Assembly (NCBI GenBank): GCA_002633005.1
Contig: NMRA01000514.1
Coordinates: 186,001 to 250,000 of the forward strand
Direction: 5' to 3'
DNA from: Phoronis australis
Taxonomy: Eukaryota; Animalia; Phoronida
DNA length: 64,000 bases
Below the pieces are notes generated by a model. That model saw only the letters and a list, made by a program, of their open reading frames with translations. It was not told the origin of the DNA and did not search any database. This document shows, piece after piece, positions 1-13,700 of the stretch (positions within the stretch are counted from its first letter, which is position 1; each line of letters opens with the position of its first letter). Both the position numbers and the translations under genes were made by a program.

Positions 1-1029
1 AAAATTCGGTTTTCTGGTATAAAAGTACTAAAAACTTGTAACGAAATAAAACAAGTTCCTATAATTTGTTGTGACATGATCCCAACCTAGGTGCCGGCAA
101 TGAAGAACACTTGATAAAAGAATCGGGGGAAAAGAAACTGGTAAAGGGCAGGTGACGTAATCGCAAAAAGCCGACTCAATAGAACGTATCACAATTTTAG
201 CAGCAGCCGATTAACGATCGCCAACTTTTCCAACACCGGTAAATACTTAGTTTACTCTAGGAACCTGCTTCTTAGGTTTACTCAAGGATGAGATTAGTTT
301 TAACGACATTAGGCCTAATTTTGAGTCAGATTTTATTTGTCCAAACCTGTAGGCCTACATTTAGTATACCGGGTACAGCTTTGGGCCAAGGCTTGGGTAA
401 CCCGCTAATGGTATGCGATCGATGACCATCCCTTAGGAAGACCTTTTTTCGAAGAGTTTGAACAACCAGGTGCCATACAAAAAGGCATGGCGAAACTTTT
501 ACAGCACTGTGGCAAACAATAAAAAATAAGGACGATTGATACAATGATAAATTACGATGTAAACTCTTCCAAATATGGCATAAGCAATGAATGTGAGCAA
601 CGTCACTGACACATCAGTGTTTTGACCATGAATACGAATCGGCTTTTGTTTGGCGCGCAAGTTGAGCAAATGTGAGTTTTATTTGTATGTTAGAACCGAT
701 TAACTACAACATGAATTTGACTACAGTCCCCCTTTAATTGGGTTTTGCTCGCACCGGACAATGCGGTCATTGCAACTGCGAGTCCGATTCTGGCGCCGCG
801 CTCTCTTTGATCCTGGTAAAAGCCGCTCAGAAGGACGAGTGGTGAAAAGTCACGCATATCTTTAGAAATGTATGACTTTCGTGTAAGCGTATTATTTACG
901 GCATGATGCACTAAACATTGTCCACCTCATACTAATCACCGATGCATTCGTTGACTGTTTTATCAGGATTTAGACGGAGTAAGAAATCGACAACACTAGA
1001 AAAGGAACGGAATTTCTTCACGTAAACAA

Positions 1030-3030
1030 ACAGTCATGATAATGCCTGGAAGTGAAGCTTCACAATTTGACTCACTCGCTAGCACCCTCGCAAAAACTAT
1101 GAACGTTTCATGCCTTCTGCAACCTGAGCCCTCAGTGTATTCAGGAATCCACAGTGGAAGATGGCGGTCCACTGCCTCATTGAATCCAGGGAAAAGACCA
1201 CTACCTTGAGAGGTACACCCAGTGTCGAAGCCAGTGAGACGGTTGAGAGCAGATTCTACTTTGAGTCACTGAGTATGTAACCAGGCTAAAGAAAAACTTC
1301 AAAAACAGCACAGTGATTTATTTCTGGATTCAGAGTCATTTCGGAACAAATTTTTGTCCTGGCAAAAAGTTGGAAGCAAATATGGCAAAAGGTTATTAAG
1401 ATTTGCGAACTTTCTTCAACAAGTTGTGCTTGTCATGTCTTACAATAAGCAGATAAATATCCTTCCTCTTTTGTCAGAGATTATATGTTTATAAAGATAC
1501 TGTTGTTTGCATTTTATGAATTTATTGATGGGGACTTGAAGCATTGTAATATGACTGGACATTTATGGCATCTTCTAAGATGAAGATGGCTTCTACATGA
1601 TGTCCTTGCCGTTTAGAGAACGACTGAATTTGTCAAACAATATAACCATGGCATGGCAAGGACACTACTAGATCACTCGGGGAAGGCGACTACGACTATA
1701 TTCTTAGTACTGTACTGATTGTAAAGCATTGATGGTAGTTGTCCTGAAACATGACGGTGCAGAACTTGTGTCATAGGAAAGAGCACCGTGAGGACTGCGC
1801 CTAGTACGTTCCACACTCAAGCAATTAAGGAGAATCTTGTTAGTTTTCATTGCAGTGCCTTCACCTAAAACGTCACCTTTAGTCGTTTTCGCGAGTAGTC
1901 GATTGCCTTCGTGGGAGACGTCGAACGTACGTTTCAAGACTTTTGGATCCGGCCAGACGTTTGCGACTTCGCGGTTTGTATAGAGAACAAATGTTGATTT
2001 GGTCTCAGAAACAATAATGTACCAGATAAAGTCACACATAATTGGCGTTGCATCGTCACCAGCGGGCATCAGCTTTGGCAACAACGTATTCTTCTCTAAA
2101 GGGACATGTGACTTTATTCACAAATATTACATCGATGATGGTGCAAAAAGCTGTAACCTTCCAGCAAAGCAGTAAAGCTTTGTACTCACGAAACAAGACT
2201 TCTGTGTTCGGCAAGGGTTACATAGCCTAAGTGTAGTCTCATACGATGAGCAGAGAACGCTCAAAGGAAGCCATAGACCTCGATGACTTGTCTATTGAAA
2301 GGTTCGTGGTATGCTATCGTTATTGGAAACTGATAATCTCGAGTAAGAACCAATGACCTGACGAGGAATCATGTCAATTGTGGTCTCGATATTTGATCCA
2401 CTGGGATAGCTTACGCCATTCAATCTCATCGTGAAACAAACTCTGCAGCAGATGTGTAAAGAAGTAGCTGATTGAGACGACACTCCATCTGATAATGTAC
2501 GACCCAGGAAGGAGATGAGGTCGAGGGTGACACAGCTGAACGTAGTGCACAGAGCTTACAGCCCGGCAAAGGACTATTCTGATGTCAGCCTCGCGGCGTG
2601 TCATTAACGAGTGTGCTACTTGTTGAAAACTTTGAGGTCTGGCTCAGACCCACGACATAAACGACCTGCCCGAAGACAGTGTTCAACCCTCCCCTCTGTT
2701 CTCACATAACGGTAAGGATAAGCTCAGGCCTTTCGTTACTTGAGAAGGTTGTAATAGAGCATACAAGTGCTGGGTCTGCTGTTTACATGCCTCGCGTACA
2801 GAGCATTTCATGTTGACTTATTACAAATGGCTTATGTTGGTTCGTGGCCATCCGAGGCCCGGTCATGGTTCTGCCATGTGACCGAGGATCAAACTTCGTC
2901 GGCGCTGCGAATGAGTTGGCTCAAGCTCTTTATTAGATAAAGGAAGTTTCCAGTTGAAGTATTAGTTCTCGCATCACTGCGACTTTGTTTGGAATACTCC
3001 GTCAGAGTATTCACATAGGAAGTGTGTGGG
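1030..3030 (+). mobile_element. Decayed BEL/Pao LTR retrotransposon (gag-pol fragments)
   Basis: Broken frames give LLQPEPSVYSG (~1115, gag-like), DGFYMMSLPFRERLNLSNN (~1585), T*RGIMSIVVSIFDPLG*LTPF..KQTLQQMC..D*DD (~2355-2485), GLLFTCLAYRAFHVD and IRGPV...DRGSNFVGAANEL (~2770-2920, integrase). These are typical BEL/Pao motifs, with many stops and deletions. Confidence 0.85.
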
Positions 3031-4628
3031 TGAAGCGAGTTTTTCCAATAAATTATTATTTATTCACAACAAGTAAACATAATCTAATCACACACATGTA
3101 CGCTCTTTACGTAGAATGTTGTGTCTCAGATAAGTCGGAATTTTCGCCAGATCTCGTTAAGTAATCACCTGCTTTTTACGTTTTGTGCTCAATGTCATTC
3201 GCGCAGTATGCTTAAGAGTGGTCGTATGAGCAGAAATGCTGTGCAGCAGGTTTCTGCTCCAGTCGGCTTGCTACTAGTAACTAAAATACAGAACTGTGTC
3301 GAATAAACTCCGCGGCACCTTGGCTGCGTGTCGTAGATCGCAAGGCACCTTGTGGAGAAAAGTTTTCGATCATGGAACGGAAATACTTAATTTAATCCCA
3401 TAATTCAACACTCCAACCTTACCGACCAATCATTTCAGTGGCCGTCAGTTTGCTAGAAGATAGGCTAGTAAGCGGATCGAGCATAAATGTACTCGTGAAA
3501 CACCCTCTTTCACTCGAGGGGTTTTGTGAGATATTGCTTTTCTCGAAAGACACATTGCCTACTGAAAGCTTTCCCGGTTCAAGAATGGAGTATTCTGCAG
3601 CAGGGAAAATTTATTCCCCCTCTTGAACAATTTAGTTTGACAGAAACCAACTAACGAAACCAGCTAAGCTTTGGGTACTTTTTCTATTTTTATAGGTTTC
3701 GACGCAAAATTCCGTGGTAACGCAGGTCCAGGGTAAAGTGGCATTTTTCTCACCAATAAACCCGTGCATGGATTTTGGGAATAAATAATCTCTTTTTGTC
3801 ATTTTCTTTGTAGTACACTACAGGCACAAAACCCTGAAAACAGTGTTTGTGATTAAATTAACATCAAGCCACATTTTGAGTGTTAAATGATATTACAAAA
3901 CAAGGATCTTCAGACCTATAAATTTTCATTTGAGTTTAATAGTTCCTTCGAAATTTTCTTAATGATCAAACGTGACTAACGTTTACAGTGAGTTGTTATA
4001 TGACAGTGGTGTAGCGAGGACGTAGTTTTAGCTTAACCAGGAACCTAAGAACTACACAGCAACAGAAGACGGTAGAAATTTTGGTTAGAAATGCCAAAAC
4101 GTAGTCAAGTAACCTTTTAAGCAATCGTTTTTGTAACCCTCACGTGCAAAACGCATGTGTTTAAAACACTCCGTCAGGTGGAGATTCTCCCAAGAGCGGT
4201 TGTGTGCCCTGTCCAAATTTTAGCCTTTAAGCGCCTCAAATAAAATTAGTGATTGAATACTATCAAACAAAGGGTAAAATTGACACTCCTTGCTTTTGAG
4301 AATTACTTTGAAACTTAGCAAAACGTTTTAGCTAACTTTACCATAATTAAAAGTACTTTAGTTACTAGCAAGTTACGCAAGAAAATCACCTGTGTTTGTT
4401 TTAAGAATAATTTCAATTAAAGTCAATGTCCCGATGTATGCAAGAACTGTTACACGCAACAGGTGTATTAAACTTTATATTTTACTTAATGGAAATCATT
4501 AGCATTAGGTCAGTTTAATTAAATGAAAGGCTCGGATCTGTTTGTATATCAGAACACAATAGGACGCCATTCGTATTTTTCTATAGTAAGCACGATTTTG
4601 TGCGAAGTATGTTCGATTTTCGAGGAAC

Positions 4629-4637
4629 TATATAAAT
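4629..4637 (+). promoter_or_regulatory. TATA box of the mosaic lectin gene
   Basis: TATATAAAT begins 58 nt upstream of the ATG at 4687. Confidence 0.65.
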
Positions 4638-4686
4638 ACTGCTAAGATACTAACCACACGCTGTCAACACGTAGCAAGGAACAAAA

Positions 4687-4747
4687 ATGCAGCGTCCAAT
4701 TCTAATTCTGGTCTGCGCATTTTTCACGTGGCAAAGCCTTGTTGACG
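4687..4747 (+). CDS. Exon 1: signal peptide [20 protein letters not shown]
   Basis: ATG after TATA box, hydrophobic core, donor G|GTAAGT (phase 1). Confidence 0.85.
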
Positions 4748-7700
4748 GTAAGTCCCTCTCTGAAAAAACCATTATCTTGCTTGTCTTTTAAATTGCAGCA
4801 ACACAAGTGATCTCATTATAAGGTTTCTAGAGTCAATTAACCTAAAACCATAGATAGCATAGGATGAAACAGAATGAAACAGGTGAAATCGAATCTTACA
4901 ATTTATGGAACAGGGTTTACTGTCACAAGAAATCTTACATTGTAACTAGAAGTTGAGATGGATTTTACATGTGCCTTATCAAATACGTGATGGGCGTAGT
5001 CTACTATATGTAGGTAGTAATGGTTTAGTTGCACTTTTAACTCAGGTAAAGATTTCACGCATCATCTCCAATGCACCATGAGAATTCTCGATGTATTTTA
5101 TGAAATGTGTCAATAGTTGCCTATACAGCTGCAAACCTTTAAAAAGGATAAAAACCTACTTCCGGTCCAAAATGCGAATGCATGCAGTTTGAAGCACCAA
5201 CACAAGGTCAAAAAACGATTTCGGGCTTTACGTTGAATTTTAGCCTTCGAAAATTGTAGCTACCCTCTCATGGTATCTTAGATCCGTCAGTGTGCAGAGG
5301 GGCCAGTAAGATTCTTTTTAAAACGCTCCCGAAGGGTCGTCACAAACCATCTGTTTTGAAATTCACCATCAAATTTGTCATTTGTTGAATCAAATTTAAC
5401 TTTTGCAGTTTCCATTTGTGTTGTGCTCCAAGAAATTACATCTAACTGGTATTTATGGGCTTGGCTTTAAAAGAAAACAAACTAGGCTTTATTTGATCGT
5501 TTGATTCATTTTGGTTTCGGACACGGACAACAAGCCTTCAATGGGAACAGGCGTTCTTCTTTTCTTTATCAGGCACGTGCACAGAGGAAGAGTATGAGAC
5601 AAACTGCAAGAGAACGATGACGGGTAAAGAGTACCGAGGGAAGCTTAGCATCACCCGGTCTGGGAAGATGTGCCAGCGGTGGGACAGTTACCATCCTCAT
5701 CGCCACCGCGTCTACAATCATCTTCTTAATCAAAAGAACTATTGTAGAAATCCGGACAACTCACCTAACGGGCCATGGTGTTACACCCAGAACCCAAACA
5801 AAAGGTGGGAATATTGCGATATTCCCTTCTGTCCAACAGGTAAGTCATCTCCGCTAACGTCACCGACAGCAATGGCCGATAAATCAAATCATATTCGATT
5901 GAAAAGAAAAAGAAAATATAATCAACAGCAGTACGACAGAGTGTCCAAACTTTCTGTCTCACGAACCGCACGGACATTCCTAATCAGTTTTTTTATAAAC
6001 ACATTTCTCGTGCGCTGCATCTTTTCTGTTGTACGTTGCAATATTGTTTCAAACGAATACATTTTGGCATCTGTTTATAGGGATATGTTGTGAGAAAAGG
6101 ACGTTTGTATGTGCGAAGGCAATAATTATGTGATCGCTGAAGTCTTAATGGGCAAACTTGCTTGAACGCTGTACATGTACCTCCGTTTCTTCGAAAAGGC
6201 AAACGATTTGCGCTAGAAATGAGTTGCACAACTTCCTATCTATATGTGTAAACGATAAAGTTGTATACGGGCTATGAAGAAAGTTTATCAAATCAGCGTG
6301 TATAGAAAGACAAGCTTGTGCAACGAATTTCTTTCTTTTTTGATACCATAACGAAGATTGTACCGAATGTGCGTGTATTGTATAGATTGCTTGTGAAGAA
6401 GCACGTATCTTTAGGTCGCAGCTGTATCGGAAAACGGCTTTTAAATTACCCGCAACTAACTGGTTTAATTTTATAACTTCCAGATGAAGACGTAGACGAT
6501 GGGTGCGATTGCGCAAAAATCACGAAAAATGTCCACCGTTTCGCCGCCGACATCACTAGATTGAAAGTATCAATAACGGGAAACGTGACTGTGGCCAAGA
6601 ATCTCCAGGTATTTTAACCTAATAATGGGTAGATCTGTACGTGGTCATTGTGTTTAGATATGAAAATTCATTAATCTACGTTTCTGATTTTCATACAACT
6701 ATGTCAGTTACCGGTAGAAATCACATGCATCCGCGTCATTGCGCCATTGGGAATCTAACAGAATGTAAGGCATTTGAGACGGACAAAAATAGTGCAAGTG
6801 TCTTATTAATTCAAATTTAAAGTTACTAAGAGTTACTTTTGCCGGTCAAAAATGAACAACTTGAAAATAGGATGAAGACTAAATGAGAGTTGACCACTTG
6901 ATAAATACATCAATCATGGAAGAGCACCCCGGCGCTAAGAGCTATCTTAATTTTTTTTAACACCCGTGGTGAACAATGGTTGCTTTTTACAAAAAAAATA
7001 AATCTAATATGCCACAGGTTGCTTAGAAATATTTCTTAACTATAATGAGTGAGATTTCTGTTTGCAAAATGCAAATATCCAGTCTCAGTCTCTACGTTCT
7101 AAAATTGAAAAGCTCCATGTATAAGCTACTGATTTTACGAAAAAAAATCAAAGATTTACAATTTGACTGCTTCTACTTACAATAAACGTGGCTGAATGGC
7201 AATGAGATGTTGTTTTCACAAATTCAATGGTTGTAATATAATAACCGTGAGAACTTGTTGATTTTCTTCAGAGATACTTTTAACAGAATTGGCGTTTAAA
7301 AATCATGAATAATAAAAATGAATAAGAAGGCTATAAGTAACCAAAATGAACTTGAGCACTCTTACCCCCATGCCCTGCATAATACCTGAGGGTTCATACC
7401 CCCTTCTATCATTTTTAGAGACCGCGTAAAGCATGGTACATGTAAGTGAAGGTTCCATTTGAATCAAGTCTCCAATCATTGAAATGTTTTGTTGCGAAGA
7501 AAGACAAATTTGGACATCTTTCCAGTGCCCTACGTAACCTTAACAGCAATATTCTTCTAAGTAAAGTATCAGACAAAATTGGCGACTCGTAGTAAAAACA
7601 CAAAAACCACAACGGGATTTGCTGTCCTTTTAAGTTAATGGACAGCTTCAGGAAATGGCAGTCCAACATTTATCATCAATAGAGGACGCATCCTGTTCCC

Positions 7701-10700
7701 AAGGAGGTTTCAAAGTATCGCTAATTTAGATCAAATATTCAGATGATTGTGATGTTTAAGCGGAAATGGATACATGCTATACTAGAGCGAAGAAATGTGC
7801 GCTAGGTGTAAAATCTTCATGCGAACTTTGGCGTGCCTGCTGTATGTGTCTGTTGTTAATATCGAACAAGAAAGCCTTCGGGCACTTTAGTATTCAATAA
7901 AGTTGTGAATTTTAGTCGGGAGTTCATTGACTCCACTAATTATTTTTGGAACGTCGATCTTAATTTCCGATGTTTTATCTTGAAGTCGTTGAACTGTATT
8001 ACTGCGCTCCGGAATTGTTCTACAAATAGAAGTCAACTCTTAGTCTGCATAAGATGTCAGTAACTGCGATTATATGATGGCAGTTTTCTCCGAGTTTCCA
8101 GTTGATCATCAATTACGTGTACACCGTAATTTCACAAGTAGCTGAACATAAAAGCCGGCATAAAAAAGGCAAGCGGTGATCTTCAAAGTGTGGAAGAAAA
8201 AGAGACGACGAACTGTGGCGCGTTGAAAGAGCAATCTCAATAGAATGAGAATTTTGAGAACAAAATCGAGCGCTGGACATTTTCAGAAGAATCAATTTTT
8301 TGTAGACCGCCGGTTGGCTTTGCCTTCCTCTAACGTCTTCCAGAAATAACTTGACATCGATGGTTATTTTCATTGATTCTAAGCATATAAAATCTGCTTG
8401 AAAAGCTTATAATGATATAAGTCTCCAGTATTTGACTTATTACTTGATTAAAATTCCCCGAGCGCAGAGACTTGAATATGATCTCCGGTTGCCACTCAGC
8501 ATCATAGTTATACGAAATTAGTTTCCCTAAATTGGCATAAAAATATGCTTCAAAATCCCACCAATCTCATGATTGCAACTTCTAATATATGCAGTTTTGG
8601 GGGCTACTAACTAGAGTACAATATTGATAGATATAATGCCTAAGCTCTCAAATTACACGCCGGACAGTGAGCTTGCGAGTGAAGCAGTACGCACATAATC
8701 ACTAGCCTGACTTTAGGCCATTAAATTACGCCGCAAATAATTACTTTATACCTTTAAATTATGCCGCAAATAATTACTTTACGCCGTTAAAGTACGACGC
8801 AAATAAATACTTCACGCCTCTAAATAATTACTTTACGCCTCTAACAACATTTAACTTTCACACGTAATATAACGGCGTAAAGTAATTACTTTACGACGCA
8901 AGTAATTATTTTACGCCGTAAATAATTACTTTACGCCGCACATAATTTATTTATGCATTAAAAATAATTTGCGGGCAAATAATTAATTTACGCCACTGAT
9001 AGGAATTGATTTACGTACGCCATTTCACGGCGACACTTTCCCCCCAACAGCCCACCATGTTGGCCGGGGGTGATTTGAATACGACATTTTTACCCCTGCA
9101 GAAGAAGGCTATTCCCAGGCAAAATCCCGGGCATAAGCGTTTCCTAATCACGTCTACTCTACTTCTGGACTTCATAGATTTCGGACATAACACATACATT
9201 ATAGACGTACTCTAATATTCGGTTAAAAGTGTTGACCGTTGTCTCCTGTGATCATGGTAAAAACGAGAGAAGTTACTTACTGGGAGACATTTCCATGATA
9301 GCAAGTAGCAGCATAAATTCAAGAAAATAACTACGGTTTTAAAACTTGACATATTTGGTGTCATTTATTAAACACCATCCTCAGAAGTCATAATACAGTT
9401 GCCACCTAGCTAGGTCGAGCAACAAGTAATGAAGCACAGATACAGTCAGTTACAGGGAGTGACAATGAGACATTTAGTTAGCTGAGCATAACGTTTCAAG
9501 CCTGCAGCCCAGGCCCTTGATCAGACGACTGTTCTCCTAGCCATTGCGAACACCAGGGGGGTTTGCAGTCCCTGGTCACGGATAAGTGGGGGGTTGTACT
9601 GTTTAATGTAAATGGCCTCTTTGATCTTATGGGAGTGCCAATGTTCGTGTCTAAATAAAACAAGAGTAGCGGCCATATTGATGGTGTGGCCAGATGATAC
9701 TAAAGTGGTCACCGATAGCAGTGGGTTTGTCCATTTTTTGTGTTCTGCAAAACGGTGCCAAGAACACATTTGGTTTCACCGATGTACTCTATACGTGAGA
9801 AGGATCCTGGTGACACTGGGTCTGATAAACAACACACGACTGTTTCTCAAGTGGGGTGACGTCATTACCCGGGTTTAACAAGAGTGTTAATGGGTTTGAA
9901 GTAAGCTTTGACCTCATGGCGTACCTCTGAAGGTGTGACGTACATGTATGTATGGGATCCAGCTAGTTATCCTAGTGTTGCCCTCTGTTGTTTAGTTTGT
10001 GTGTAATTGTCATTGTTGTGTTAGTACTGTTACTCTTATTGTTAACCTCTATGGATTTCAGTGACGGTACTGTGCGACTTTGTTCAGAGCTTTTGTGAGT
10101 TCTATTTCTGTTATGCAAATTAGTATTTAGGTGTGCTGATGTTTGTCCGGGCTGAGTTTAGTTTGACACTGGAGAGCATACTGAAGATTTCTTTAATAAA
10201 CTACCGTTTACATGAAGTGTATGTGACTTTGGCTGACAACTAGCCCGCAATGCTAGGTCTGTCATCACTATACATGTATAGTGTTGGTGGGCTTACTATT
10301 GCGAGGAAGTTTCATTGCCTATGGCTCATACTCGTTAGCTTCAGTGATGTATCTTTCTTACTAGAGCTCGGTTTAGTAGAGTTCTCACAACAAACTGTTG
10401 GTGTTGAACAAGGTGGTTGGAGCGGAAATTCAATTATTGGTCTGCGTGGGTAGGTTTGCGGTATCGCAAACCCATCAGTGCTAGTGATGACAGACCGAGA
10501 TACATGTAAATGCTGGGATCTTGTGCAATCGTGGAGTGTCCGAAAAACGGCCGTACGTCGCGCCTTCACACGCCATAAAGTCTACGCTTGGCCCATTAAC
10601 ACTTAACGTAATGATGTCAGCTCACTTGAGAAGCAGTCGCGTGTTGTTTAGCAAATCCGGTGTGACCAGGATTCTTCTCGCCTATATATCAGTGAAACCA

Positions 10701-13700
10701 AACGCGCTCTCGGCACCCGTTTTGTAGAACATAAAAACTGGACAAACCCACTGCTATTGGTGACCACTTAGTTTCATCTGGCCACACCGACCATCAATAT
10801 GGATAATACATGCGTCTATATAGACAGGAAAATTGGCACTCCCGTAAGATTAAAGAGGTCATTTATATTAAATAATACAACACCCATTGAACTGAGAATA
10901 GGGACTGCAACTTCCCTGTATTTACGGCAGGTGATATTTCCGGTTTCACAACAGCGGGACGAACAGTCACGTGATCAATGGCATGAGCTGCAGGTTTGAA
11001 ACGCTATGCTCAACTAGCTAAATGTCTTCTAGTAAGTAACTTCTCTTGTTTTTACGTAAAAATATAATTTGGGCCACACAAGCTGATTGACGCAGAATGC
11101 GGAAACCATGACACCGGACAACTTCTCGGAATGCCAATTGACACATTTGGCTACAGCGCCATATATATGTCAAGATTATACTTGGGAGCGCGTGTGGAAC
11201 TTTTGGATAGCGTGCGTTGAATTTAATATTTTGAAATAACCTAATTACATCATTTTAGTTATTAATAAAACACATAAGTGGTAAGTGGAAAAATATCTAC
11301 TCTCATATATGGCATTGATTATTTTCTTCACTGCAGAGCACTACTTCTGCACAAAAACACCAAAAATTCGTAATTTTTCCACTTGGCCATTCCTGGTAAT
11401 GCCTTTAAAGCAGTTACAATCCGTGTTCCATTCGAGAAGCAAACTGAAATTACACGATTGATCTTTTATTGGTCCTTACTCAGATGTGAAGGGATTTCTG
11501 TGTTCGAAAGGAAAAGACAGAGGATTTGAATGGTCAATAAGCTTTGTCAAATTTACCTAACATCTGAAGAAATGGACACAACGGAATATTAAGTAAAGCA
11601 CATCGCTGCACTATAAGATGCAAACGACAACAACCAAGTCTATCGCGACATTTTTAGGCCCGAAATAAGGCCTTTTACATGGGCGGCGCAGCACTGAAAA
11701 AAGTGGGGCGGCTAAAGCCCCCTCAGCCCCTCTGTGGTGCACCGCCTATAGACCATGCGCAGCGTAGAACTTAAAATGTGGGGCTATAGCCCCCCCAGAC
11801 CCTTATGAGGCGCCGCCCATGTTTTAGTTGCCTTTTCTACCCAAGTGGCTCACATATTGGAACTTTAACTGCATCTACATGTACCTGTGTCTCCCACGCC
11901 GTATACTTTACAGGCGATGACGTTGAAACACGAAGAACTGTTGACGAGCTTGTTGGAGAAAACCAGTGAAGAAGAAAAGGTGTACAGCACGAGCATCAAC
12001 ATAATGAGTCAGAAGATCAACGTATTCGTCAATCAAATAGAATCGAGAGTTGTAAGGCTTGAGCGCAAGTTCATTGCTCTGAACAAGTTGTTCGTTGACT
12101 TTGAAGCGACTTGGAGCAACAAGATTAAGATCATCAGCGGTACGAAAACACTGGCATAAAGCATCCATGTTAAACCTGACTAACCATTGAGTACATGTGG
12201 TTCAAAATATTCGTATAACTGCTGATAATTTGTTTGGTTAGACATTTCTGTTGTTTTTCCTTTTTTTAGGTGTTAGTAGTATTTTTGAAGCAGAAACATT
12301 GTGAAGCACTTCGAACTCCTAATCTGTGTGTTCTTAACATATTCGGCTGTGTATTTAGACAAATAATTTGGGACACCGCTCACTTCTTTTCCATACGTCC
12401 CAGACGCTGCCTCCAGGTGCTCGTTCGGAGGCGCATGACAATTGCGAAAACGCAAGATTACGCAAGTCTTCGCCAGATATAGTGCCATGTATTACACGTG
12501 ATCACGCTAGACTGCTTGCACCTACGGAATTAGGCACATTTTTTTACCAATTCAGAAAGCCGGAAGTAAACGCAACAAATAGTACCAAAAGACTTTATAA
12601 CAGATGCCCTATTTTTGATGAGCCGGTGCTTTCAACTTTACGACATAAAAGGCGAATGAAATGCACCTGCAATCAACAGAATGCCCAAATTGTGTCTTTG
12701 ATGGTGCATGATGAGGTCGCATTTACCTTTAATTTTTTTATTTCTTTTTAAACAGAACCGACAATGGAGGCAATAGTTTGTGAAAACGAGCAACTGCGCT
12801 TAAGATGTCCACGCCAAAATGCTATTCGCATCAAGAGCGCCGTCTACGGGAGGCAGGATAAAGCAGTTTGCTACAAGAAAGGCCGAGTACTTAATACTGT
12901 GTGTGGAGATGAAGAGTCGTCCCATGAGGTATGTTGACGTGATTTCAATACACCCTTCTTCTCTAGTTTTGGTTCTGCGACTAGTCTAGTGCTTCATTGT
13001 TTCTTGTTTCTGCGCAATACCAAGCTCCTGTTACGAGATCGCCTTTACACAAATGTATGATTGTGTTTTTGTTGGCGGGATTCTTGAAACCATTGTTTTA
13101 CGCTAACAGAAAATAAGTTAATGTGTATCTGATCATCATGAGAGTGCGTAGGCATGTCCAACAACCGAAGATTGTATGCATTTCATTTTACTTGACGTGA
13201 TAAACCTAGATACCACTTTCTCACTTTCAGAAGCTTTTGAGACGTCATGGTGTTTGGCGGATTTTTCGAACTGTTTAAATAGGATTTATAAACAGTGATC
13301 ATACGAAGACTCCTTTTGTGAACAGGACGAGGTGGCTGTCTCTGGCAGCATGTTCAGGTGTATGTAGGCTGTACTCACTCCCGTAGTCAGAAGTATTCAA
13401 CAGGAGACACAAACGCAACATTATTGACTGCGGAGGAATCAGTTTATCCGAGGATAATTTTGCAAAGAGCAATGGGTCAAACTCAAAATTGAAACCAGTT
13501 TTAACTGGGGAAGAATTTGCAATGAACCGGGCGGCTGGTCATGTTGTTCCTTCCGGCGTTGCTACGCCTATGGCTGTATCAGCTCATGAACTCATCCAAA
13601 TACGTTAGGACAACCGGTATATAGAAGTCGCCAAACAATCACCCCCGCATCAATAAATATATATCCGGCAAGACAAAGTTTATCGCTAGCTACGCTGAAA

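Noticed and set aside
18-100. TATAAAA..AATAAA..TGTGACA followed by TGATCCC as a 5' LTR end and PBS for the BEL element
   Set aside because: No second LTR copy was found and the PBS is not recognisable.
7400-8380. Coding-looking minus-strand stretch in intron 3
   Set aside because: All frames are broken and no motif can be assigned; possibly an old TE.
12270-12751. ORFs after a strong ttttttttAG acceptor as extra exons
   Set aside because: The required phase hits a stop within 12 codons, and exon 12139 joins 12756 cleanly.
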